From Chloroflexota bacterium (GTDB taxonomy: Bacteria; Chloroflexota; Limnocylindria; Limnocylindrales; CSP1-4), in assembly GCA_017853275.1 (NCBI GenBank), contig JAFMJV010000003.1, forward strand, positions 64,649-128,648: a stretch of DNA of 64,000 bases, written 5' to 3'. The notes beneath the pieces were generated by a model that was given only the letters and a program-made list of their open reading frames with translations, was not told the DNA's origin and ran no database searches. Both the position numbers and the translations under genes were made by a program. Positions 43,969-51,874 of this stretch are shown here, in pieces; the stretch's first letter is position 1, and each line of letters opens with the position of its first letter.

Positions 43969-44604
43969 TTACCCTCCTGTGCGGCGCGAGCGCCGCGCTA
44001 CCGTTGCCTCGAAGAGGTAGTGGTACGTCTCCGTGTGGCGCTTCGCCTCCCAGATGTCCGCACCCCAGACATAGACCCCATGGTCCTCCACGACGACCGC
44101 GAAGGTGCGCGCGAAGCGCGGATCGGCGATCGCCGCCGCCATGTTCCCCACCAGCTCGATCTCCCGTGGGGTGTTCCGGATGACGGGGATCGCGTGCTGC
44201 TCCGTGTTCGCGAAGCCGCGGATCCCCTTGAGCATCTCGAGCCGCTCCACGGTCACCGCATCTCCGCCCTCCGCGAGGTCGCCGAAGAGGACGGCGGAGA
44301 GCGCATGGGTGTGGACGACGCTCGTGGCGCCCCGCTCCCGGGCGATGAGGGTGAAGATCGGCGTGCACTCGCTCGGCCGCAGCCCCGGCCGCTCGGGCGC
44401 CACGACCACGGCCTCCGTGTGGTGGTCCACCGTGAAGAGCTCATCCGGCTCCACGAGCTCCTTGTGGACGCCGGTGGGCGCCACGAGAAGGCCGCCCCCG
44501 TCCGCCGGCCCGCAGATGCCACCCCCGGTCCCGGAGATCCAGCCACGCGCGTAGAGGACGCGCAGCTGCTCCACGAGGAACCGGCGGGTCTCCTGCTCGG
44601 TCAT
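43969..44604 (-). CDS. Class II aldolase/adducin-family protein (MtnB dehydratase-like or DrdA/Ald2-like aldolase)
   Basis: YARGWISGTGGGI...VAPTGVHKE...CTPIF...VVHTHA follows the class II aldolase fold pattern. ATGA overlap with the mtnA-like gene. Confidence 0.75.
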   Translation of the reverse strand: MTEQETRRFLVEQLRVLYARGWISGTGGGICGPADGGGLLVAPTGVHKELVEPDELFTVDHHTEAVVVAPERPGLRPSECTPIFTLIARERGATSVVHTHALSAVLFGDLAEGGDAVTVERLEMLKGIRGFANTEQHAIPVIRNTPREIELVGNMAAAIADPRFARTFAVVVEDHGVYVWGADIWEAKRHTETYHYLFEATVARRSRRTGG

Positions 44605-45695
44605 GCGTCCTCCGCTCCGCGCGCGTGGCGGGCGATCCCCGGTCCGTAGGGTGCGACGAGGGTCCCGCGGTCCGTCACGATCCCGGTGATCAGCTCCGCC
44701 GGTGTGACATCGAAGGCGGGGTTCCAGGCGCCGGCGCCCGCGGGCGACCAGCGCACGTCACGGTAGCCGAAGACCTCCGCGGGGTCCCGCTCCTCCACGA
44801 CGATCGCGGCGCCGTCCGGCGTGGCGGGGTCCACCGTGCTCCACGGGGCGGCGACCCAGAAGGGGATCCCATGGTGGCGCGCGAGGACGGCGAGCGCGTA
44901 GGTCCCGATCTTGTTCGCGGTATCCCCGTTCGCGGCGATCCGGTCCGCGCCCACGATCACCGCCTCCACGAGACCGGCGGCCATCGCCGCGCCGGCCGCG
45001 CCGTCCACGATCACGCGGCTCGGCACCCCGGCCATGACGAGCTCCCAGGCGGTGAGCCGCCCGCCCTGGAGGAGGGGGCGCGCCTCGCACGCGAGGACCT
45101 CGTCCAGCTCACCTGCGGCGTGGAGCGCGTAGACGACCGCAAGCGCCGTCCCGTCCCCGCCCGTGGCGAGCCGGCCGGTGTTGCAGTGGGTGAGGATCCG
45201 CCGCCGGCCCGCGAGCGCCATCCGTCCGTGGTGCGCGATCGCGGCGCACGAGGCCCGGTCCGCCGCGTGGATCGCGAGGGCCTCCGTGAGCGCGGCCTCC
45301 CGGACGGCCGCCGGACCCCGGTCCGCCGCCGCGAGCGCGGCCTCGCGCACCCGCCCCACGTCGTGCGCGAGGTTCACCGCCGTGGGGCGGGCTGCCGCGA
45401 TCCGGTCCGCGAGGTCGCCCACGAGCGCCCGGAGCGTGTCACCCGAGGACGAGGCCAGGCCGGCGGCATCCAGGGCCGCCACCAGGCCGTAGGCGCCGGC
45501 GATCCCGATCGCGGGCGCACCGCGCACCGCGAGCGTGCGGATCGCCTCGATCGTCTCCGCGGCGTCCGTGAGGCGCCGGTGGACGACCTCGCCGGGGAGG
45601 AGCCGCTGGTCCACGATCACCGGCGCGCCGCCATCCCAGGTGACGCTCATGACGGGGGCATCCGGGGTCAGGGGGGCAGGTCCGGGTCGGCTCAC
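44601..45695 (-). CDS. mtnA: S-methyl-5-thioribose-1-phosphate isomerase family (MtnA/eIF-2B-like)
   Basis: VDQRLLPGE...LAVRGAPAIGIAGAYGL...THCNTG.LAT...EARPLLQGGRLTAWEL...VGADRIAANGDTANKIGTY. Start is GTG 45695 or ATG 45650. Confidence 0.85.
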   Translation of the reverse strand: MSRPGPAPLTPDAPVMSVTWDGGAPVIVDQRLLPGEVVHRRLTDAAETIEAIRTLAVRGAPAIGIAGAYGLVAALDAAGLASSSGDTLRALVGDLADRIAAARPTAVNLAHDVGRVREAALAAADRGPAAVREAALTEALAIHAADRASCAAIAHHGRMALAGRRRILTHCNTGRLATGGDGTALAVVYALHAAGELDEVLACEARPLLQGGRLTAWELVMAGVPSRVIVDGAAGAAMAAGLVEAVIVGADRIAANGDTANKIGTYALAVLARHHGIPFWVAAPWSTVDPATPDGAAIVVEERDPAEVFGYRDVRWSPAGAGAWNPAFDVTPAELITGIVTDRGTLVAPYGPGIARHARGAEDA

Positions 45696-45741
45696 AGGTG
45701 GGGAGGCTATCGGCTTCCCCGGGGCCTGTCGAGCCCGTCCG

Positions 45742-47136
45742 TCAGTCGGCGTAGATCAGCTCGCGGACGGCTTCCAGCTCCCGCCGGAGCTCCTCGTTCC
45801 GCTGGAGCTCCTTCTCGATCTTGTCGCAGGCGTGGAGGACGGTGGAGTGGTCCCGTCCGCCGAGCTCGGCACCGATGCGCAGGAGGGAGACGTCCGTCTC
45901 CGCGCGCATCAGGTACATCGCGATCTGGCGGGGGGTGACGATCGCCCGGTCCCGCTTCTGGCCGCGCAGCGCATCCAGCTCCACCGCGTAGTAGTCGGAG
46001 ACCGCGCGGGCGATCCGCTCCGTGGTGACCGCGCGCTTGCGGGGGTTGTAGAGGACGTTGGAGAGGACCGCCTGGGCGAGATCCGGGGTGATCGGCAGGC
46101 CCTGCATCGTGGCGTAGGCGGAGATCCGGTTGAGCGCGCCCTCGAGCTCCCGGATGTTCGAGGCGACCTTGCGGGCGAGGAACTCGATCGCCTCGCCGGA
46201 GATCGTCACCCCCAGCTCCTCCGCCTTGGTACGCACGATCGCGATCCGCGTCTCCAGGTCCGGTGTCCCGATATCCGCGATCAGGCCCCACTCGAAGCGG
46301 CTCCGGAGGCGCTCCTCCAGCGTGGCGATCTGGCGCGGCGGGCGGTCCGAGGAGAGGACGATCTGCTTCCCGTCATCGTGGATCGCGTTGAAGGTGTGGA
46401 AGAACTCCTCCTGCGTCCGCTCCTTGTCCGCGATGAACTGGATGTCGTCGATGAGGAGGACGTCGATCCGCCGGTAGCGCGCCCGGAAGTCCTCGATCCG
46501 CCCCTGCTGGATGCTCGCGATGAAGTCGTTCGTGAACTTCTCGCTCGTCACGTAGAGGACCTTGCGGCGCGGGTGGCGGGCGAGGACGGCGTTCCCGATC
46601 GCGTGCATCAGGTGGGTCTTGCCGAGGCCCACACCGCCGTAGAGGAAGAGCGGGTTGTAGGCCTGGCCGGGCCGCTCTGCCACCGAGAGGCCGGCCGCGT
46701 GGGCGAGCCGGTTGGCGGAGCCCACGATGAAGGAGCGGAAGGAGTAGCGGGGGTTGAGGGTCGTGGGCGCCGGCTCGTTCGCACCGACCCGGCCGGGTTC
46801 CAGGCGGACCCGCGGTGACGGCTCCTCCGCGACGGCCGCCGCGGGGCTTTCCGTGGCGCCGGATCCCGGGTCCATGGGGGCGGGCGCCGGGGTCTCGCGG
46901 ACCTCGAACTCCACGATGACGCTGTAGCCCACGACCCGGGCGAGCGTCTGGCTGATCAGGGAGCGGTAGCGCGCCTCGAGCCAGTCCTTGGCGAAGCCGT
47001 TCGGGACCGCGACGGTGAATCGGTTCTCGTCCACCCGGACGAGCCGCGTCTCCCGCAGCCAGGTCTCGTAGTTGGCCTGGGAGAGGGCCACCTGGAGCTC
47101 GCCCAGGGTCGCCCGCCAGACCTGCTTCGCATCCAT
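45742..47136 (-). CDS. dnaA: Chromosomal replication initiator protein DnaA
   Basis: ATG 47136 ([15 protein letters not shown]). Walker [38 protein letters not shown], and C-terminal DNA-binding [15 protein letters not shown]. Confidence 0.93.
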   Translation of the reverse strand: MDAKQVWRATLGELQVALSQANYETWLRETRLVRVDENRFTVAVPNGFAKDWLEARYRSLISQTLARVVGYSVIVEFEVRETPAPAPMDPGSGATESPAAAVAEEPSPRVRLEPGRVGANEPAPTTLNPRYSFRSFIVGSANRLAHAAGLSVAERPGQAYNPLFLYGGVGLGKTHLMHAIGNAVLARHPRRKVLYVTSEKFTNDFIASIQQGRIEDFRARYRRIDVLLIDDIQFIADKERTQEEFFHTFNAIHDDGKQIVLSSDRPPRQIATLEERLRSRFEWGLIADIGTPDLETRIAIVRTKAEELGVTISGEAIEFLARKVASNIRELEGALNRISAYATMQGLPITPDLAQAVLSNVLYNPRKRAVTTERIARAVSDYYAVELDALRGQKRDRAIVTPRQIAMYLMRAETDVSLLRIGAELGGRDHSTVLHACDKIEKELQRNEELRRELEAVRELIYAD

Positions 47137-47609
47137 CGGTCGATGTATCGCCCCGTCCTGGCCCGCTCCGGCAGCCCGCGGGCCACCAGGGCCCGGACCA
47201 CCACGATCCAACCGACCGGGGGCCATGGAGGGGCCGTCAGCGAACGGCCTCCGGTGGGCTCCGGAAGGAGGTCCCGCAGGGTCGTTCCCGGCCCCGGGGC
47301 GGCATACGTTACCGCTCGCCGGGGGACCCCGCAACCGCCTCTACCGATACCTCCCGGGGGTATCGTGCGGACCCACGCTCGGCGACGCCTCCCGGGCCTC
47401 CGCGGACCACTGGATCCGGCTCTCCGCCGGCACCCGCCGGGGCCCCCGGCAGGACGGTATACGAACGCTCCGCGATGGGCTATCATCCCCGCCTTGCACC
47501 CGCCACGGTCCGTGGGCTCGCCGATCCGCGAGCGCTCGGGCTCCGGCATCACAGCGGAAAAGGGACCGGCTGCACGCTCACCCGCGGCCCCGGGCCCGCG
47601 AGAGGACCC

Positions 47610-47747
47610 ATGACCAAGCAGACCTACCAGCCCAAGAAGCGCCACCGGATGAAGGAGCATGGCTTCCGCGCGCGGATGAAGACCCGCGGTGGCCGGAACG
47701 TCCTGGCGGCGCGGCGCGCGCGCGGACGGAAGAAGCTCACCGTCTGA
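47610..47747 (+). CDS. rpmH: 50S ribosomal protein L34
   Basis: [45 protein letters not shown] is the canonical L34 sequence. Confidence 0.95.
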   Translation: MTKQTYQPKKRHRMKEHGFRARMKTRGGRNVLAARRARGRKKLTV

Positions 47748-47764
47748 CGGCCCCGCGCGACACC

Positions 47765-48115
47765 GTGACGGGCGCCCTCGTGATGCTGCGAACGCCGCGT
47801 GATTTCGCGGCCTTCGAGGGTGTCCGGGGCAGGTCGCACCCGCTCCTCTCGGTCCGGGCGCGACGGAACACCCTGGGGCACCAGCGCTTCGGGATCTCCA
47901 CCGGTCGCGCGGTCGGTCCCTCCGTCGTCCGCAACCGCGTCCGCCGCCGGATCCGCGAGATCCTCCGAGCGTGGGCGGGGCCGCTGACGCCGGGCTGGGA
48001 CCTCCTCATCGTCGCCCGTGCCGGGAGCGCGAGCGCCAGCTTCGCCGACCTGCGCAGCGTCCTCCTCGACCTCCTCGGTCGTCTCACCGCCAGGGAAGGG
48101 ACCTCCAACCCGTGA
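47765..48115 (+). CDS. rnpA: Ribonuclease P protein component
   Basis: Position after rpmH, plus LRTPRDFAAFEGVRGRSHPLLSVRA...VRNRVRRRIRE (RNR motif). Start is GTG 47765 or ATG 47783. Confidence 0.85.
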   Translation: MTGALVMLRTPRDFAAFEGVRGRSHPLLSVRARRNTLGHQRFGISTGRAVGPSVVRNRVRRRIREILRAWAGPLTPGWDLLIVARAGSASASFADLRSVLLDLLGRLTAREGTSNP

Positions 48116-48318
48116 CCCGGATCGCCGTCGGCCTGATCCACGCCTACCGGTTCCTCTTCGCGTGGCTCCCCTCGCCGTGCCGCTTCGAGCCCTCCTGCTC
48201 GCGCTACACGGAGCAGGCGATCGTCCGGTACGGCGTCGTCCGCGGCAGCTGGATGGGGATGCGCCGGATCGCCCGCTGCGGTCCGTGGAACCCCGGCGGC
48301 TTCGACCCGGTCCGCTGA
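48112..48318 (+). CDS. yidD: Membrane protein insertion efficiency factor YidD
   Basis: LIHAYRFLFAWLPSPCRFEPSCSRYTEQAI..YG..RG is the YidD signature. GTGA overlaps the rnpA stop. Confidence 0.88.
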   Translation: MTRIAVGLIHAYRFLFAWLPSPCRFEPSCSRYTEQAIVRYGVVRGSWMGMRRIARCGPWNPGGFDPVR

Positions 48319-49685
48319 TGCGCGCTTCCCTCTCCCTCCGCTCCTTCCCGCGCCTGCTTGCGGCGCTTCTCCTCGCGCTCGTCGCGAGCGGCCTCGCAGG
48401 CCCGGTCCTCGCCCAGAGCCCCGCGCCCGCCTCACCTGCGCCGGCTGCCTCGCCCGCACGCTCGGCGGAGCCCCTGCTCTCGCCCGCGCCGGCGGTCTCG
48501 CCGGGCACCGCGGACGCGGCCGCCGCCTCGCCCCGGCCGCCCTGCCCGAACCCGGTCGCGACCCCCGCGCCCACGCTCGCCCCCGGCCAGAGCCCGGTCC
48601 CCACGATCCACCCGAACCTGTGCCCCGCCCAGCCCAGCGGCGCGGACCCGTTCAGCCTCATCGCCTGGATCTTCACGCCGATCTTCCAGGCCCTCTTCAT
48701 GGGCCTCGCGGTCTTCTACAACCTCTTCCACGACATCGGCCTCGCGATCGTCGCCCTGACGATCCTCATCCGCCTCCTGCTCGTCCCCGTCTTCCGGGCG
48801 CAGATCGTCTCGCAGCGGCGGATGCAGATGCTCCAGCCGGAGCTCAAGGCGATCCAGGCCAAGCACAAGGGCGACCGGGCCAAGATCTCGGAAGAGCAGA
48901 TGAAGCTCTACAAGGAGCGCGGCGTGAACCCGGCCCAGGGCTGTCTGCCGGCGCTCCTCCAGATGGTCCTCCTCGTCCCCATGTACAACGTCTTCTCGCA
49001 GGGCCTGAACGCCCCGGACATCTCCTCGATGCTCCAGGTCTTCGGCCAGCCCGTGATCACGGTCACCTGCCAGGACCCCGGGAACCCCTACGTCCCGTGC
49101 ATCGATCCGACCGTCGGCTGGCTCGCCTGGATCCCCAGCATCACCCCGGAGGGTCTCCAGTTCTACTTCGGCGTGGGCGGCATGCCTGCGAACGTCCCGG
49201 AGATCTTCCTCATGGTCCTCCCCGGGGTCTTCGGGCTCTCGCTCCTCGCCCTCGTCGCGGCGATCCTCCAGGTCGTCCAGACCCGGATGATGGCGACCCC
49301 CTCGGATGACCCGCAGATGCGCAGCCAGCAGCGGATCTTCCTCATCCTCCCGCTCTTCTCGCTGATCTACGGCTGGTTCCTGCCGGCCGGCCTCTTCATC
49401 TACTGGATCGTCACCACGCTCTTCTCCATCGTCCAGCAGTACCTGATCAACGGCTGGGGGGCGCTCTTCCCGCTCTTCGGCTGGAACCCCGCATTCGCCC
49501 GGAACCACACACCGCGGTTCCCCGTCAAGCCGATCACCCCGCGTGTCGACCCCCGCACCCCGGGATCCGGAGGCCTCGGAGACAGCTCCACCCCCGCCTC
49601 CGCCCGGCGCTCGGCGTCCGACAGCGCGGCAGGCACCATCAAGCCCGCTCGCGGTCGGTCGAGCAGGCGAGGGAGGCGTCGATGA
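48318..49685 (+). CDS. yidC: Membrane protein insertase YidC
   Basis: ATG 48318 overlaps the yidD stop. The core reads LLVPVFRAQIVSQRRMQMLQPELKAIQAKHKGD...MKLYKERGVNPAQGCLPALLQ. The N-terminal linker is Pro/Ala-rich. Confidence 0.9.
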   Translation: MRASLSLRSFPRLLAALLLALVASGLAGPVLAQSPAPASPAPAASPARSAEPLLSPAPAVSPGTADAAAASPRPPCPNPVATPAPTLAPGQSPVPTIHPNLCPAQPSGADPFSLIAWIFTPIFQALFMGLAVFYNLFHDIGLAIVALTILIRLLLVPVFRAQIVSQRRMQMLQPELKAIQAKHKGDRAKISEEQMKLYKERGVNPAQGCLPALLQMVLLVPMYNVFSQGLNAPDISSMLQVFGQPVITVTCQDPGNPYVPCIDPTVGWLAWIPSITPEGLQFYFGVGGMPANVPEIFLMVLPGVFGLSLLALVAAILQVVQTRMMATPSDDPQMRSQQRIFLILPLFSLIYGWFLPAGLFIYWIVTTLFSIVQQYLINGWGALFPLFGWNPAFARNHTPRFPVKPITPRVDPRTPGSGGLGDSSTPASARRSASDSAAGTIKPARGRSSRRGRRR

Positions 49686-50749
49686 CCGAGTACCAGGAGT
49701 TCACGGGAAAGACCGTCGAGGAGGCGATCCGCACCGCCACGGAGGCGCTCGGCGTCTCGGGCCTCGCGGACCTCGACTTCGAGATCCTCACGCCCGGGTC
49801 CCGCGGCGTGCTGGGGATGGGCGCGGAGCCCGCGCGGATCATCGCTGCGCCGCGCTCTGCGCTCGGCGGAGCTGCGCCACGCGTCCAGGCGGCGAGCAAG
49901 GCCCCGCTCCCCGCCCAGCCCCCGCGCGAGGATCGCGGCCCGCGGCCGGAACGCCGGGATGATCGCGGCCCGCGCACGGACGACCGAGGTCCCCGCCGCG
50001 ACGACCGCGGCCCCCGCCCGGAGCGCCGCGACGATCGCGCCCCGCGCACGGACGACCGCCCCGCGCGGACGGACGACCGTGGCCCCCGCCCGGAGCGCCG
50101 CGACGATCGCGCTCCCCGCCGCGATGACCGTGGCCCCCGCCCGGAGCGCCGGGACGACCGCGGCCCCCGCCGCGACGACCGGCGTGGGAGCGGCCTCTCG
50201 CAGCACGAGGCGGACGAGGTGAAGAACGCCCGCGCCTCGGTCGTCAGCGAGCGCGAGGAGATCCAGGCGGCGGAGGCTTCCCCGGAGGCGCTCGCGGCCG
50301 GCCGGGAGATCGTGGAGCAGCTGATCGGCCTCATGGGCTACCGCGCGAGCGTGACGGTCGCGGAGAGCGGCACCGCGCGGATCGAGGTCCATGCGGAGGA
50401 CGAGGACGAGAAGGAGGCGCTCGGCGCCCTCATCGGGCGGAAGGGCGAGCGGCTCTCCGCTCTCCAGCACCTCGTCAACCTGATGCTCTCGCGGAAGATG
50501 GGCGAGTGGACCCGCGTCCTCGTGGACGTGGAGGACTACCGTGGCCGGCGCGAGCGCCAGCTGACGGAGCTCGCCCGCCGTGCGGCGGACCGGGTCATCG
50601 AGACCGGGATGATGCTCCAGCTCGACCCGATGCCCCCGCTCGAGCGCCGCTGGGTCCACCTCGCGCTCAAGGCGATCCCCGGGGTCGCCACGCAGTCGAT
50701 CGGCGAGGAGCCGGAGCGCCGGATCGTCATCCTGCCCGTCGCCGACTGA
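49682..50749 (+). CDS. jag: Jag/SpoIIIJ-associated RNA-binding protein (Jag_N, KH, R3H)
   Basis: Position after yidC (ATGA overlap). Jag_N start MTEYQEFTGKTVEEAI, a KH-like middle region, and an R3H end LDPMPPLERRWVHLAL. Confidence 0.85.
   Translation: MTEYQEFTGKTVEEAIRTATEALGVSGLADLDFEILTPGSRGVLGMGAEPARIIAAPRSALGGAAPRVQAASKAPLPAQPPREDRGPRPERRDDRGPRTDDRGPRRDDRGPRPERRDDRAPRTDDRPARTDDRGPRPERRDDRAPRRDDRGPRPERRDDRGPRRDDRRGSGLSQHEADEVKNARASVVSEREEIQAAEASPEALAAGREIVEQLIGLMGYRASVTVAESGTARIEVHAEDEDEKEALGALIGRKGERLSALQHLVNLMLSRKMGEWTRVLVDVEDYRGRRERQLTELARRAADRVIETGMMLQLDPMPPLERRWVHLALKAIPGVATQSIGEEPERRIVILPVAD
49928..50184 (+). repeat. Imperfect tandem repeats encoding an Arg/Asp-rich (DRGPRPERRDDRxPRxDDR)n linker within jag
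   Basis: Nucleotide blocks gaccgYggcccccgcccggagcgccgSgacga recur. The peptide is EDRGPRPERRDDRGPRTDDRGPRRDDRGPRPERRDDRAPRTDDRPARTDDRGPRPERRDDRAPRRDDRGPRPERRDDRGPRRDDRR. Confidence 0.85.
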
Positions 50750-50803
50750 GCCGGGGCGGGGGGAGACCCGGAGACCATTCCCCGTTCCGGACCAGGAGGT
50801 TCC

Positions 50804-51802
50804 ATGCTCACTCTCGGCTATAAGGCGTCCGCGGAGCAGTTCGGCCCGCGCAGGCTTCTCGACCTCGCCGTCGCCGCGGAGCGCGCAGGCTTCGACAGCG
50901 TCTGGACGAGCGACCACTTCCAGCCCTGGAAGCACACGGACGGCCATGCGCCGAACGCGCTCGTCTGGCTCGGGGCTGCCGCCCAGGCGACGGAGCGGGT
51001 CATCCTCGGCACGAGCGTCCTCACGCCCGGCTACCGCTATAACCCGGGCGTGATCGCCCAGGCCTTCGCGACGCTCGCCTGCCTCGCCCCCGGCCGGGTG
51101 ATCCTCGGATCGGGGACCGGTGAGTCCCTGAACGAGGTCGTCGTGGGGATGGACTGGCCGGAGCAGAGCGAGCGCTTCGCCCGCTTCAAGGAGGCGCTCG
51201 ATCTCATCGCCCGGCTGTGGCGCGAGGAGCGGCTCACCTACGAGGGCCAGTTCTACAAGACCCACAACGCCACGATCTATGACCGCCCCGAGCAGCCCGT
51301 CCCGATCTACATCGCGGCGGCCGGCCCGGCCGCGGCCAAGCTCGCCGGCCGGACCGCGGACGGCTTCATCTGCACCTCCGGCAAGCCGAAGGAGCTCTAC
51401 CTGGACACCCTGATCCCGGGGATCCGGGAGGGCGCCGAGAAGGCGGGCCGGGATGCGTCCGCGATCCCGATGATGATCGAGATGAAGGTCTCCTTCGACA
51501 CCGACCGCGAGCGGGCGATGGAGGACACGAAGCTGTGGGCGGCGCTCGCGCTGCCGGCCGAGATGAAGATGGGGGTCGAGGACCCCGTGGAGATGGAGAA
51601 GCTCGCGAAGCAGGTGGAGGGGAACGCCCACCGCCGCTGGCTCGTCTCGGACGACCCCGAGGAGCACATCGAGCAGATCCGCCCCTACATCGAGTGGGGC
51701 TTCACCCACCTCGTCTTCCACTTCCCGGGCAACGACCAGGAGGCGGCGATCGCCCGCTACGGGCAGACGATCCTCCCGCTCCTGCGCAAGCGCTTCGGCT
51801 GA
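50804..51802 (+). CDS. fgd: F420-dependent glucose-6-phosphate dehydrogenase (LLM class)
   Basis: LGYKASAEQFGPR...SDHFQPWKHTDGHAP...GTSVLTPGYRYNPGVIAQAFATL...GFICTSGK...HLVFHFPG tracks mycobacterial Fgd1 almost block for block as I recall it. AGGAGG RBS. Confidence 0.88.
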   Translation: MLTLGYKASAEQFGPRRLLDLAVAAERAGFDSVWTSDHFQPWKHTDGHAPNALVWLGAAAQATERVILGTSVLTPGYRYNPGVIAQAFATLACLAPGRVILGSGTGESLNEVVVGMDWPEQSERFARFKEALDLIARLWREERLTYEGQFYKTHNATIYDRPEQPVPIYIAAAGPAAAKLAGRTADGFICTSGKPKELYLDTLIPGIREGAEKAGRDASAIPMMIEMKVSFDTDRERAMEDTKLWAALALPAEMKMGVEDPVEMEKLAKQVEGNAHRRWLVSDDPEEHIEQIRPYIEWGFTHLVFHFPGNDQEAAIARYGQTILPLLRKRFG

Positions 51803-51823
51803 GCCCCCTCCGCACCAGGGTCC

Positions 51824-51850
51824 GATGCCCCCGGCGACGCCGGGGGCATC
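51824..51850. terminator. Perfect 11-bp stem-loop between convergent genes (bidirectional terminator candidate)
   Basis: gatgcccccgg (51824-51834), cgacg loop, ccgggggcatc (51840-51850). It lies between the fgd stop (51802) and the TrxR-fusion stop (51875). Confidence 0.55.
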
Positions 51851-51874
51851 GTCATCTCCGGCTCCCGGCGGGGC

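Noticed and set aside
47137-47609. Possible oriC / DnaA boxes in the dnaA-rpmH spacer, plus ORFs 47143-47613 and 47072-48115 (5' part)
   Set aside because: Scanning by eye found no TCCAC/GTGGA core. The ORFs there are Arg/Pro-rich shadows, and only the 3' part of 47072-48115 is rnpA.
49928-50184. CRISPR-like periodic repeats
   Set aside because: The periodicity lies inside the jag reading frame, has no unique spacers and encodes an RD-rich peptide repeat. The same logic applies to the 18-bp repeats at 35760-35813. No CRISPR array is present in the window.
49400-51721. 773-aa minus-strand ORF
   Set aside because: It is antisense to jag and fgd, both of which are confidently recognised on the plus strand.
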